Origin: Candidatus Saccharicenans sp.
Lineage (GTDB): Bacteria > Acidobacteriota > Aminicenantia > Aminicenantales > Saccharicenantaceae
DNA length: 64,000 nt
Reading direction: 5' to 3'
Assembly: GCA_049719515.1 (NCBI GenBank)
Contig: JBNARJ010000008.1
Location: 43,035-107,034 of the forward strand
Shown here: positions 1-9,522 of the stretch, piece after piece
Layout of the letters: each line of letters opens with the position of its first letter
How positions within the stretch are numbered: position 1 is the stretch's first letter
Program-made: the position numbers and the translations under genes
The notes under the pieces: model-generated
The model's database searches: none
Seen by the model: only the letters and a program-made list of their open reading frames with translations
What the model was told of the DNA's origin: nothing

Positions 1-1452
1 ACTGTTTCGACCCGTAAAACCCAGATGGCCAGGTTGAGCCAGGTTCATCTGAGACCGGCGCCCGGAACTTTCTCTCTCGTGGTTGAAGGTCTCGCCCGGA
101 TACTTTACGAAGAGAAAAAGTTTCAAACCGATTATCTGGAAAAACACACTGAAAATTTCCAGGCTTTCTTTAAAAAGCTTGAAAAAGTAGACCTGGAAGA
201 AATCCTGGGCAGGACCGGCCTTTCTCGGGAAATTCTGACGGAAGTGGCTCGGAAACTTTACGATTCAAAGTTAGCCTATGCTTTTTATCCGACAGGTGTT
301 CAGAGCCTCGACTCTCAGACGATGTCGGCCCTGTTCAACCTGATGCTTCTTACCGGCAAACTCGGCCAGGGAGCCGGCGGAATTATTCCGGTTACCGGGA
401 TAAGCAACCTGCTTGGAAGTTACGATATGGGGCTTTCCCCGGTGTTCCTGCCGGGATATCTGGATGCTTCTGAGGAAAAGAACATCAAGAAGCTTGAAGA
501 ACTCTGGCAGACCAAACTCAGCCGCCAGCCGGGTCAAAGCGTGAGTGCCTGTCTTGCTGAAAGCAAGTCGTTACGAGCTTTAGTGGTTGTGGACCATGAC
601 GAAGAAATAATCAGGAATGTAAACCGGATTAAAGAACTGGAACTGGTCATCTATTTTGGTGCTTACCACAACAACTTTGCCGGCCTGGCTCAGGTGATAA
701 TACCCAGACCGAGTTATGCTGAAGCAGAAGGCACGTATACTAACTCTGAGCGGAGAGTGCAGCTAAACCGGAAAAAAGTTGAACCGCCGGCCGAAGTCAG
801 GCCGCTCTGGAAAAACCTCACCGAGCTGGCCCGTGCTCTGGGCCACGACTGGAAATATCAGTCAGCCGAAGAGATATTTTCGGAAATAGCTAAGGTGGTA
901 CCTCAGTACTCAGGTCTTACCTACGCCCAGCTTGAATCTCACCTGGGCCTTAAATGGCCCTGCGATGAAAAACATCCGCAGGGGAGTGATTATCTTCAGC
1001 TGGATGAGGCCGGTCATAAATTTCGGTTTGTGCTTGACGAGAACCTGCGGCCCCGGGCGCAGACGATGGCCGAACTGAAGTCTACCTTCCCCTTTAAATT
1101 AACCGTCGGGCGAAGCAACTATTTCTGGCACCAGAATTCTTTGATGAAGAGGACCTTTATCCCGAAAAGGGAATACAACGCACTGCTGTTGCTCTACCCG
1201 AAAGGTTTTGTAGAGATTTCAGAGGAAGATGCCCGCCGCCTGCAGCTGCGGGAAAAGCAGGCGGTGCGAATAATTTCTGAATCGGCCGAAATGACTCTGG
1301 CCGTCAGGGTCTCGCCTGATGTGCTTCCCGGACAGCTTTATGTTCCTTATTTTATAGAGGGCATGATTCCAGAGTTTCTGCTTCGTCAGGTGCCCGAGCT
1401 GGAGAAAAACGAGGAATTCTTCTTGCCCGTGCGGCTGGAGAAAGCGGGGTAA
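1..1452 (+). CDS. FdhF/NuoG-like molybdopterin oxidoreductase family protein, C-terminal part (5' end outside the window); catalytic motifs degenerate
   Basis: Frame is open from base 1. Contains NLMLLTGKLG..GAGGIIPV.G.SN..GSYDMG, AEAEGTYTNSERRVQL and a C-terminal molybdopterin-dinucleotide-binding domain (LTVGR...FVEISEEDARRLQL...V.PGQLYVP). Confidence 0.85.
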   Translation, partial: TVSTRKTQMARLSQVHLRPAPGTFSLVVEGLARILYEEKKFQTDYLEKHTENFQAFFKKLEKVDLEEILGRTGLSREILTEVARKLYDSKLAYAFYPTGVQSLDSQTMSALFNLMLLTGKLGQGAGGIIPVTGISNLLGSYDMGLSPVFLPGYLDASEEKNIKKLEELWQTKLSRQPGQSVSACLAESKSLRALVVVDHDEEIIRNVNRIKELELVIYFGAYHNNFAGLAQVIIPRPSYAEAEGTYTNSERRVQLNRKKVEPPAEVRPLWKNLTELARALGHDWKYQSAEEIFSEIAKVVPQYSGLTYAQLESHLGLKWPCDEKHPQGSDYLQLDEAGHKFRFVLDENLRPRAQTMAELKSTFPFKLTVGRSNYFWHQNSLMKRTFIPKREYNALLLLYPKGFVEISEEDARRLQLREKQAVRIISESAEMTLAVRVSPDVLPGQLYVPYFIEGMIPEFLLRQVPELEKNEEFFLPVRLEKAG

Positions 1453-1455
1453 AAG

Positions 1456-2514
1456 ATGTACTGGCTTGAAAGACATCAATTAAACGCTTTGGTGGAAAAG
1501 CTCAGCCGAAGCTACGAGCTTTTCGGCCCGCGCCGTGATGAAGTTTCAAATGAGGTTGTATTTGACCGCCTGACCAATCCTGCGGAACTCAATTTAGAAG
1601 CACCGATTCCCTACAATCCACCCAAGTACATCCTTTTCCCGCATTATGAGGAAATTCTGAGGTACCGCTATGACCGCCAGTCAAAAAAGGTGGCCATCGA
1701 AAAGTTAAGCCACCTGAAGCCCAAAGCTTTGGTCGGACTGCGGGCCTGTGACCTTAACGGTATTCTCTGCCTGGACCGCTTTTTCCTCGGCCAGGAGTTT
1801 GTGGATGAAATTTACCTTGAACACCGAAAAAAACTTTTCTTGATTTCCAACACCTGCGTTCGACCTTTCCCCCAGTGTTTCTGTGTTTGCACGGACAGTG
1901 GTCCGTCGGCCAGGGAAGGTTTTGACCTGGATTTTACCAGGGTGGGCGACCGCTATCTGGTGGAAGTGGGTTCAAGGAAAGGGCAAAGCCTGGTAGAGGA
2001 ACTTGGCCTTGAGGAAGCCGGAAAAAATGCGGTTGAGCTTAAAAAGAAAGTGGTGGATGAATCGGTGTCTTCTTTTGACGCCTTTGCTCTTGAAAATAAA
2101 GCCTGGATTTCTCGGGCAACCAACCGCCTGACCACCGGCTTTATCAAACCAGAAGTGTGGGAATATATCGGTAATCAGTGCTTTGAGTGCGGAGCCTGTT
2201 CTTTTGTCTGCCCGACCTGTTCCTGCTTTAACGTGGAAGATGTCAACCGGCTCGACGGAACGACCGACCGAGTTCGCACCTGGGATTCCTGCTCTTTTGA
2301 GGGATACACCAAGATGGCTGGTGACCATAATCCCCGGAAGCCGGTGGAAGACAGGAGAAACAAGCGCTTCTTCTGCAAGCTGTCTTACTCTCAGTCCAAG
2401 AAATATCTGCGTCCGGGCTGCGTCGGTTGCGGCCGCTGTGCCAGGGTTTGCCCGGGAGACATAGGCCTGCCTAATGTCGTAACTTATATCAGAAGGGAAA
2501 TAACTGGAGACTGA
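1456..2514 (+). CDS. 4Fe-4S dicluster protein, AsrA / sulfhydrogenase beta (HydB) family
   Basis: Motifs GLRACD, CFC, CFECGACSFVCPTCSCF, R.WDSC and CVGCGRCARVCP. Confidence 0.9.
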   Translation: MYWLERHQLNALVEKLSRSYELFGPRRDEVSNEVVFDRLTNPAELNLEAPIPYNPPKYILFPHYEEILRYRYDRQSKKVAIEKLSHLKPKALVGLRACDLNGILCLDRFFLGQEFVDEIYLEHRKKLFLISNTCVRPFPQCFCVCTDSGPSAREGFDLDFTRVGDRYLVEVGSRKGQSLVEELGLEEAGKNAVELKKKVVDESVSSFDAFALENKAWISRATNRLTTGFIKPEVWEYIGNQCFECGACSFVCPTCSCFNVEDVNRLDGTTDRVRTWDSCSFEGYTKMAGDHNPRKPVEDRRNKRFFCKLSYSQSKKYLRPGCVGCGRCARVCPGDIGLPNVVTYIRREITGD

Positions 2515-3356
2515 TGATGGAAGAAAACCTGGTGCCCATTGTTACCGTGCCCGAAGTAGCGACGGTGGTCGAAATAAGGGACGAGATCGATGAGGTGAAG
2601 ACCTTTTACTTCCATTTTGACCGGCCGGAAATCGAGCAGGCTTTTAAAATTCGGTCCGGTCAATTTATCATGTGCACGGTTTTCGGAGCCGGTGAATTTG
2701 CCGTTTCCTTGCCTTTCAGCCCGGAAAACGACCGCCGGCACATTTCGGTGCGGAGAGTGGGAAAAGTTACCGCGGCGCTTCATGAGCTCCAGCCCGGGGA
2801 TAAAATTGGAGTGCGCGGTCCCTTCGGCAACGGCTTTCCCTTTGAAGAAATAAAGGGCAAAAACATTATTTACGTGGCCGGCGGTATCGGGCTTATACCT
2901 CTCCGCTCTTCCATCGTCCACGTGCTGCAGCATCGGGAGGAATTTGGCCGGGTAATTCTGGTGTACGGGGCCAGGAGCTCCAGAGATTTGATGTACAAAG
3001 AGTCTATCCGTGAGTGGAAGGCAACGGAAAATTTTGAAACATACTTCACCATCGACCGGCCGGAACCAGGCTGGACCGGGGAAGTTGGGTTTGTCAATCA
3101 ACTGGTAGCCAAGCTATCTCTTCCGGCCGACAACACGGTGGCTTTTGTTTGCGGCCCCCCGGTTATGTTCAACTCGGTGATAAAGGAACTGAAATTAAAA
3201 GGTATAAAGGAAGACCACATTTACTCAACTTTAGAGCGGCACATGAAATGCGGCATCGGCAAGTGCCAGCACTGTGCCATCGGCCGGACGCTGGTTTGCG
3301 TTGATGGACCCGTTTATACCTACAAGCAGATTAAGACCTTGGGAGAGCAGATTTAA
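2514..3356 (+). CDS. FAD/NAD(P)-binding 2Fe-2S protein, AsrB / sulfhydrogenase gamma (HydG) family
   Basis: Motifs GQF, RGPFGNGF, AGGIGLIP, YGARS, CGPPVM and MKCGIGKCQHC...VCVDGPV. Start overlaps the upstream stop codon. Confidence 0.92.
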   Translation: MMEENLVPIVTVPEVATVVEIRDEIDEVKTFYFHFDRPEIEQAFKIRSGQFIMCTVFGAGEFAVSLPFSPENDRRHISVRRVGKVTAALHELQPGDKIGVRGPFGNGFPFEEIKGKNIIYVAGGIGLIPLRSSIVHVLQHREEFGRVILVYGARSSRDLMYKESIREWKATENFETYFTIDRPEPGWTGEVGFVNQLVAKLSLPADNTVAFVCGPPVMFNSVIKELKLKGIKEDHIYSTLERHMKCGIGKCQHCAIGRTLVCVDGPVYTYKQIKTLGEQI

Positions 3357-3357
3357 C

Positions 3358-3912
3358 ATGGAAGCCCTCGACCTGTTGAAAGAAGTGGTTGGACAGAAGA
3401 CCATTTTTGCCGGCATCGGTAATGCCCTTCGCGGTGATGATGGCTTTGGCCCTTATCTTATAAGTAAATTGAAAGAGAAGAAGGTGTTGCCAGAAGACCG
3501 GTTACTCGCTGTCGAAGATGTGCCGGAAAATTTTGCTTTCCCCATTTCCAGAAAAGAAGCTGATTGTGTAATTTTTGCCGATGCGGTAATTGTGGATGCG
3601 GCGCCTGGCACTGTAGTTTTTGGCCCGCTGGAAGAGTTTGATGAAATTGGTGAGATAGCTTCCACCCACCGGATGTCTTTAAAGCTCACCGCCCGGGTGA
3701 TTGAAGAGACCGGCAAAAAAGTTTTTATCCTGGGGGTTGTCCCTGAAACCACTGAATTCGGCCGGGGCATGAGCCCCGTTGTTCTCCAGGCCGCGGAGGA
3801 ATTGGTCGAGCTGGTCAGTGACCTGCTTTCTCGAAACACGAGTCCGTCAAAATCCATGCCTAATAAAAAGCCGAGCAAGAAAAGCCGGGCTCGGGAAAGG
3901 GAGAAAATCTGA
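3358..3912 (+). CDS. hycI: Hydrogenase maturation protease, HycI-like
   Basis: Motifs GIGNALRGDDGFG, DVPEN, FADAV and STHRMSL. Start set to the ATG at 3358, just after the upstream stop. Confidence 0.88.
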   Translation: MEALDLLKEVVGQKTIFAGIGNALRGDDGFGPYLISKLKEKKVLPEDRLLAVEDVPENFAFPISRKEADCVIFADAVIVDAAPGTVVFGPLEEFDEIGEIASTHRMSLKLTARVIEETGKKVFILGVVPETTEFGRGMSPVVLQAAEELVELVSDLLSRNTSPSKSMPNKKPSKKSRAREREKI

Positions 3913-5804
3913 TGATGCCTGTCTGGCTTTTTTGGCTAACCCTGTTACTTCTTGCAGTTGCCTCTTTGCTATCTTTACTATTTAAGAATAATGACAGGCT
4001 CATCAGGTGGAGCGGCACAGGTTTTGTCTCTCTGAGCTCCCTGTTATTAATATGGCTGGCGATTCAGGTTCTCTGGCGGCTTAATCATCCGTTAGAGTTT
4101 GAAATAAACTTCTGGTCGGCGAAGATTCCCGTGTTAATCGACGGGCTGTCCGGCCTGTTTTTGATGCTGCTGGCTGTTCTCACTTTAAGCTCAGTCTTTT
4201 TTTCCTCTGGTTTCAATAAAGAAATTCATCCGGTGTCTAACCGGAAGTTTTACTTTGTTTTCCCCTGGTTTATAGCCGGCCTGATTGGACTGCTGACGGT
4301 GGATGACCTGGGGCTGGGTTTCACCATCGCCTGGCAGCTTATGGCTTGGTCATCCTATTTGCTGGTTAGATGGGGTCGTCCTCTTAAATTATCAGCCAGG
4401 CCAGCTCTTACCTACCTCCTTTTCATGCAGGCCGCCTGGTTGATGGTCGCTGGCGCACCATTTTTGGTAAAAGGCTATGAGTTCGGTGAGCCGCTTATGG
4501 AAATCGGGCAAAAACTGGCCGGTAGCCCCCGGCTGTCCGTCCTTATATTTTTTGCCCTGCTTCTCCTGGGTTTTGGCCTGAAGACCGGAATTTTTCCCCT
4601 CGGGCAACTCTGGATTCCCAGTGCTTATTCGACAGCCAATCCTTCAGTTTCTGCCCTCCTGGCCGGCATCCTGGAGAAGACAGGAGTTTTTGGTCTGATG
4701 CGAATTTTCTTCTTCCTGAGCCAGGGTGCCTCGCCGAATTTTAGCGCCATCTTGTGGGGTAAAACTCTGTTGATAGCCGGAACCCTCACGCTTTTCGTCG
4801 GCACGGTGCAGGCGATCAAGCAGAGCGATTATCTTAAATTGCTGGCTTTCAGTTCGATAGGCCAGGTTGGTTACATCATATTTGCTCTGGGCAGCAGTCT
4901 GCTGGCCGCCAGCTCCGGTTCTCCGGCCGGCCAGTCGCTGGCTCTGGTGATTTTTATCGGCGCGGTCTACCACAGCCTTAATCATGGAATATTCAAGGGT
5001 CTGCTTTTCCTGACCGGCGGTAACCTGCTTTATGCAACTCGCACCAGGGACTTAAACCGGCTGGGTGGACTGCTGGCGGTTATGCCTGCCACCGGTCTTC
5101 TGGTTGCCTTGGCTTCTTATTCGATTGCCGGCATGCCGGCTTCCAGCGGGTTTTTCAGTAAATGGCTGATGATTTCCGGAAATTTTTTAGCCGGACAGAA
5201 CAACCTGCTCATGACCTGGAGCGGCATTATAGCCCTGTTTACCGCGGCTTTTACCTTAGCCTGCTATGTAAAATTTTTCGGGCTGGCTTTTACTTCGGCC
5301 GGGGCTAACTTGAAATTAAACAGAACCATAAAAGAAGTGCCGGCTTCTATGTTAGCGGGCGGGATTCTGCTGGCTGTTATCTGCCTGAGCCAGGCTTTTT
5401 TGCCGATGGCTTATGTGAAGCTCATAAGCCACAGTTTAAGTCTCAGCCCGGGCTTCCTGCTGGCCGATAGCCGTCAGAGCTATCTTTCCGGCAGCCTGTC
5501 TGAAGTTAAAATATTCAATGGTCAAAATCTGCTGGCTGCGGTTTCGCCGCTGGTTATTCTTTTGCTGATGGTGGCTTTAATCATCCTCGGCCGGGCTCTG
5601 CGGCAATCAGCCGGGACGGCTGAAGTTAAGGTGCCTGCCTGGCTGTGCGGCTACCAGGACCTTAACCAGGACAACGTTTATGCTGACCGGAACATGTTTT
5701 CTGACCTCAAGAAATTTTTCTGGTGGACAGGTGGAAGAGCAAAACAGGTAGTTGATGATGAAGCTGCAGAAACTGCTCAAATCAAAAATGAGGTTGGCTC
5801 ATGA
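3912..5804 (+). CDS. Antiporter-like membrane subunit of group 4 hydrogenase (HycC/HyfB, NuoL/M-like)
   Basis: Many TM helices. Motifs GLKTGIFPL..WIP.A, LLAFSSIGQVG, YHSLNHGIFKGLLFL..G, GFFSKW and W.CGY. Confidence 0.9.
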   Translation: MMPVWLFWLTLLLLAVASLLSLLFKNNDRLIRWSGTGFVSLSSLLLIWLAIQVLWRLNHPLEFEINFWSAKIPVLIDGLSGLFLMLLAVLTLSSVFFSSGFNKEIHPVSNRKFYFVFPWFIAGLIGLLTVDDLGLGFTIAWQLMAWSSYLLVRWGRPLKLSARPALTYLLFMQAAWLMVAGAPFLVKGYEFGEPLMEIGQKLAGSPRLSVLIFFALLLLGFGLKTGIFPLGQLWIPSAYSTANPSVSALLAGILEKTGVFGLMRIFFFLSQGASPNFSAILWGKTLLIAGTLTLFVGTVQAIKQSDYLKLLAFSSIGQVGYIIFALGSSLLAASSGSPAGQSLALVIFIGAVYHSLNHGIFKGLLFLTGGNLLYATRTRDLNRLGGLLAVMPATGLLVALASYSIAGMPASSGFFSKWLMISGNFLAGQNNLLMTWSGIIALFTAAFTLACYVKFFGLAFTSAGANLKLNRTIKEVPASMLAGGILLAVICLSQAFLPMAYVKLISHSLSLSPGFLLADSRQSYLSGSLSEVKIFNGQNLLAAVSPLVILLLMVALIILGRALRQSAGTAEVKVPAWLCGYQDLNQDNVYADRNMFSDLKKFFWWTGGRAKQVVDDEAAETAQIKNEVGS

Positions 5805-7492
5805 CGAAAAAAGAATATTTGGCCGGGCTATTAAAAAATAAACTTGGAGTTGATTTTTTAGGTGAAGAACCTTCTTCTGACCGCCGCTTGTTTGTTGACC
5901 TTAAAAAACAGGCCCTGCTGCCGGCGGTCAAACTTCTGCTGGAGCAAGGCGGCCGCTACCAGGTGGGCATTGCTTATGATGACAGAAAAAATAATCAGAG
6001 GTTTGCCCTGCTTCATACTTTTGCCTTTGACGCCGATGGCCTTCTGGTAGCGTTGCGCACTTTTACGCCGGAGGGTGAACCGGAATTTGATTCCATAACA
6101 CCGGTGGTGCCGGGGGCCGGCTGGTCGGAGCGCGAGTACCGCGACCTGCTCGGTTTAAATTTTAAAGGTCACCCCAATCTCAAGCGCCTGGTGCTGTCTG
6201 ATGACTGGCCAGAAGGAATATATCCTCTGAGAAAAGATGTGCCGCACGACCTGATGCCGCCCGCGGCGGAAGAAGTTGCTTTCCGCTTGGAACAGGCTCC
6301 GCCCGGGACTTCGGTCATTCCCTTTGGCCCTTTTCATGCAAGTCTTCATGAGCCGGCGCATTTTTCGGTTTATGTTGATGGAGAGGACATTAAGGGCTGT
6401 GAGTACCGGGGGTTCATGACTCACCGCGGGATTGAAAAGCTGGGCGAGACAGAGCTGACTTACAATGATGTGCCCTTTGTGGCGGAAAGAATCTGCGGCA
6501 TCTGCGGCTCGGTTCATTCGACCAATTATGCACAGGCGGTGGAAGCGGCGGCCGGTCTGAAGATTTCGAGACGGGCCGAGTTCATCCGGGTGGTGATGCT
6601 CGAGCTGGAGAGGCTACATTCGCACCTGCTGTGGCTTGGGGTGGCCGGACACCTGATCGGCTTTGACACGGTATTCATGCAGGCCTGGAGAATCAGGGAA
6701 AAAATCATGTGGCTGGCAGAGGGTCTGACCGGTAACCGCAAGACTTACGGCATGATTATCATCGGTGGTGTCCGCAGAAACATCACCAGAGAAAAAGCAG
6801 AAGACATACGACGGGTGATGCAGGAAGTGGAAAAAGAAACCCTCACGCTGGAGAAAGCCATTATCAAAGACAAGACCATTCATAAAAGAACCAGAGGCGT
6901 GGGGTATCTTTCAAAGGAGGAGGCTATCAGGTGGAACCTGGTGGGGCCGGTGGCCAGGGCCCGCGGCCTGGATATGGATGTGCGGCGCGACCATCCCTAT
7001 GCCGCTTATGATGAGCTACAATTCGATGTCCCAGTGGCAGAGACCGGCGATGTCTGGGGTACCCTGGTGGTCAGGCTAAAAGAAATCTACGAGGCCATTA
7101 AAATAATCAGACAGTGCTTGGATAAGCTGTCTGTTCTGCCAGAGCATGAGCCGTTAGCGCTCGAGCTCGAAGGGCCAGTTCCGGCGGGCAAACAGGGTCT
7201 TTCCGTGGTTGAAGCACCGCGCGGAGAGGCGGTTCACTATGTGCTTACCGGTGAGAAAAACCGGCCTGAACGGTGGCGTGTTCGAGCTCCCACTTACCCC
7301 AACCTGCAGGCGGTGCCGGACATGCTGCTCAACAACAAGCTGGCCGATTTTCCCATCATAGTTGGTTCGATTGACCCCTGCATTTCCTGTACTGACCGGG
7401 TCCTGGTGGTTGAGCTCAGGGAAAGCCGGGCCAGGATAATCAGCAAACAGGAACTTGAAAAAATGTCTCGGAAGGTGAGGTTCGGAAGATGA
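5801..7492 (+). CDS. hycE: Group 4 [NiFe] hydrogenase large subunit (HycE/HyfG type, NuoC+D fused)
   Basis: L1 motif ERICGICGSVH and L2 motif DPCISCTDR, followed by a 30-aa cleavable tail. N-terminal NuoC-like domain (WSEREYRDLLG..F.GHP, DWPEG.YPLRKD). Confidence 0.93.
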   Translation: MTKKEYLAGLLKNKLGVDFLGEEPSSDRRLFVDLKKQALLPAVKLLLEQGGRYQVGIAYDDRKNNQRFALLHTFAFDADGLLVALRTFTPEGEPEFDSITPVVPGAGWSEREYRDLLGLNFKGHPNLKRLVLSDDWPEGIYPLRKDVPHDLMPPAAEEVAFRLEQAPPGTSVIPFGPFHASLHEPAHFSVYVDGEDIKGCEYRGFMTHRGIEKLGETELTYNDVPFVAERICGICGSVHSTNYAQAVEAAAGLKISRRAEFIRVVMLELERLHSHLLWLGVAGHLIGFDTVFMQAWRIREKIMWLAEGLTGNRKTYGMIIIGGVRRNITREKAEDIRRVMQEVEKETLTLEKAIIKDKTIHKRTRGVGYLSKEEAIRWNLVGPVARARGLDMDVRRDHPYAAYDELQFDVPVAETGDVWGTLVVRLKEIYEAIKIIRQCLDKLSVLPEHEPLALELEGPVPAGKQGLSVVEAPRGEAVHYVLTGEKNRPERWRVRAPTYPNLQAVPDMLLNNKLADFPIIVGSIDPCISCTDRVLVVELRESRARIISKQELEKMSRKVRFGR

Positions 7493-8388
7493 AAATCGCT
7501 GGCGTTCTGTTAAACCTGCTCTTTTTCCTGTTGTTTGCACCTTTTCTGGAAGGGGTCATGAGAAAAATCACGGCCAGGATTCAATCTCGACAGGGCCCGC
7601 CACTCTACCAGCCTTATCTGGACCTCTTTAAGCTTTTTGGTAAAGAAAATTTAATTTCCGCCAGAAACTGGGCTTTTCGCTTGGCCCCGCTGCTGGCTTT
7701 TGCCTCAATTCTGGCCGCCGTGGCTATTTTGCCCTTTCATGGTGGGGAAACTTTTCTTTCTCAGAAAGCAGACCTGATGACGCTGATTTACCTGTTAACC
7801 CTGAGCGGTTTTTCCATACTAATTGGTGCTCTGGCCAGCGGCAATCCGTTTGGCAGCGTGGGTGCCAGCCGGGAAATGATGACCATCATCATGCTGGAAC
7901 CGGTTCTGGCCATGACCATCATCCTGGGGGCGCTGAGAAATGGCACGATGACCCTCTCCGGAGCTATTCAGGGCGTGGCCAGCACCAAAAGCTTTTCTTA
8001 TTTTCTGATGCTGGTCGTTTACCTTTTGGCCCTTCAGGCTTTTGTTTCACGGCAGCCTTTTGACATACCGGAAGCTGAAGTGGAAATACTCGAGGGACCT
8101 TACATTGAATACAGCGGGCCGAACTATGCACTTTTTCGCTATGCCTTAAACCTAAAAAGAATGTTTTATGCCTGGCTGCTGGTCAACGCTTTTCTGAGTT
8201 TCTTGCGCCCGGCGAATTGTTTTCTGGACTTTTTGTTGCAAGCCATACTTATAATCCTGCTGTTCGTTATGATTTCTGTCATCGGGGCAACTCACCCGAG
8301 GTTCAGGATAGACCAGGCGATTAAATTTTATGCCTTTTTGATAGTTTTATCGTTGGTAGCTGTTGGCCTGGGAGTAAGCGGGCTATGA
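7489..8388 (+). CDS. hycD: Group 4 hydrogenase membrane subunit (HycD/HyfC, NuoH-like)
   Basis: Motifs RKITARIQSRQGPP..QPY.D..KL..KE, GASRE, PFDIPEAE.E..EG...EYSG and R.RIDQ. Confidence 0.92.
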   Translation: MKIAGVLLNLLFFLLFAPFLEGVMRKITARIQSRQGPPLYQPYLDLFKLFGKENLISARNWAFRLAPLLAFASILAAVAILPFHGGETFLSQKADLMTLIYLLTLSGFSILIGALASGNPFGSVGASREMMTIIMLEPVLAMTIILGALRNGTMTLSGAIQGVASTKSFSYFLMLVVYLLALQAFVSRQPFDIPEAEVEILEGPYIEYSGPNYALFRYALNLKRMFYAWLLVNAFLSFLRPANCFLDFLLQAILIILLFVMISVIGATHPRFRIDQAIKFYAFLIVLSLVAVGLGVSGL

Positions 8389-8412
8389 TTGGGAAGAGAG
8401 GAGAGGCTTTAA

Positions 8413-8958
8413 ATGTGGCTCTGGAATAAGATAAAGCAGCTGGCCATTTCCTGGAAATCCGGAGTGGTCACCCTGCGCTATCCATTTGAACCAAGACCGG
8501 CCCCTGCCGGTTTTCGAGGTCAGCCTATCTGGGACCACACAAAGTGTATTGGCTGTGCCGGCTGTGCCAATCACTGCCCGGCGCGGACGATTTTTCTGAG
8601 GGATATCTGCCAGGAAATCAGAGTCCTCCTTTACGATTCTTCACGCTGCACATATTGCGGCCGCTGTGCCGACCTCTGCCCGGAAAAAGCCATAACTATG
8701 AGTGACCGCTACGAGCTGGCCACGGATAACAGGCAGGACATCACCCAGGTCATCGAACTTTTCATGATGACCTGTCAGCGATGCGGGCGGTGTTATGACC
8801 TGGAAATCAAAAACAGCCTTGACCGGCTGCATACGCTCGGTTACCGTTATGACAGCCTGGAAGTGCGAAAGGTCATCCGCCACAGCACGGCTGAATTTTC
8901 GCCTGAAATGCTGGAAAAAACCAAAACATACGAAAGGCCGAAGCAACTGGAGAAATGA
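8413..8958 (+). CDS. hycF: Group 4 hydrogenase 2x[4Fe-4S] subunit (HycF/HyfH, NuoI-like)
   Basis: Motifs T..YPF....P.GFRG.P, CIGCAGCANHCP and CTYCGRCADLCP. Confidence 0.9.
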   Translation: MWLWNKIKQLAISWKSGVVTLRYPFEPRPAPAGFRGQPIWDHTKCIGCAGCANHCPARTIFLRDICQEIRVLLYDSSRCTYCGRCADLCPEKAITMSDRYELATDNRQDITQVIELFMMTCQRCGRCYDLEIKNSLDRLHTLGYRYDSLEVRKVIRHSTAEFSPEMLEKTKTYERPKQLEK

Positions 8959-9521
8959 GCATGTGGAAAAAACTGGCTGAAAAAGCTTTTCGCCGCTCCA
9001 TCTGGGTTTACCACTGTAACAGCGGGGCCTGCAACGGTTGCGACATAGAAATTTTAAACGTGCTCACGCCTTATTATGATGTGGAAAGGTTTGGCATCAG
9101 GCTGGTTGGTTCTCCCCGCCACGCTGATGCTATTCTTCTTTCCGGGGCAGTCACCAGGCCGACCCTGCCCCTGGTCAGGAAAGCCTACCAGGCTGTTCCG
9201 GCGCCCAAACTGGTTTTTGCCGTCGGTTCCTGTGCCATTGGCGGCGGCTGCTGGTATGATACTTATAATGTCACCGGCGGTGGTGAAAAAGCCATTCCGG
9301 TTCATTATTTTATTCCAGGCTGTCCGCCAAGACCGGAAGCCATTATCTACGGAATTGCCCTGGCGCTGGGACTGGTGGATAAAAAAGTGGCGCCAGTTGA
9401 GTTGAAGCAGATGGAGTTTCCGGTCGATATGTACCGGCACGGTAAACTTCTTGAAGTTAACAACGTCATCTATAAGCTCCTGGATGAAGAAGATGACCGT
9501 CTGAATTTCGGGAGGAAATGA
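8955..9521 (+). CDS. hycG: Group 4 hydrogenase small subunit (HycG/HyfI, NuoB-like)
   Basis: Motifs GACNGCDIE, SPRHAD, GSCAIGGG and IPGCPPRP. Confidence 0.93.
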   Translation: MSMWKKLAEKAFRRSIWVYHCNSGACNGCDIEILNVLTPYYDVERFGIRLVGSPRHADAILLSGAVTRPTLPLVRKAYQAVPAPKLVFAVGSCAIGGGCWYDTYNVTGGGEKAIPVHYFIPGCPPRPEAIIYGIALALGLVDKKVAPVELKQMEFPVDMYRHGKLLEVNNVIYKLLDEEDDRLNFGRK

Positions 9522-9522
9522 T

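Noticed and set aside
2512-3915. TGA codons in the redox operon as possible selenocysteine
   Set aside because: They are true stops in TGATG coupling overlaps, the proteins are full length, and an in-frame TGA follows immediately.
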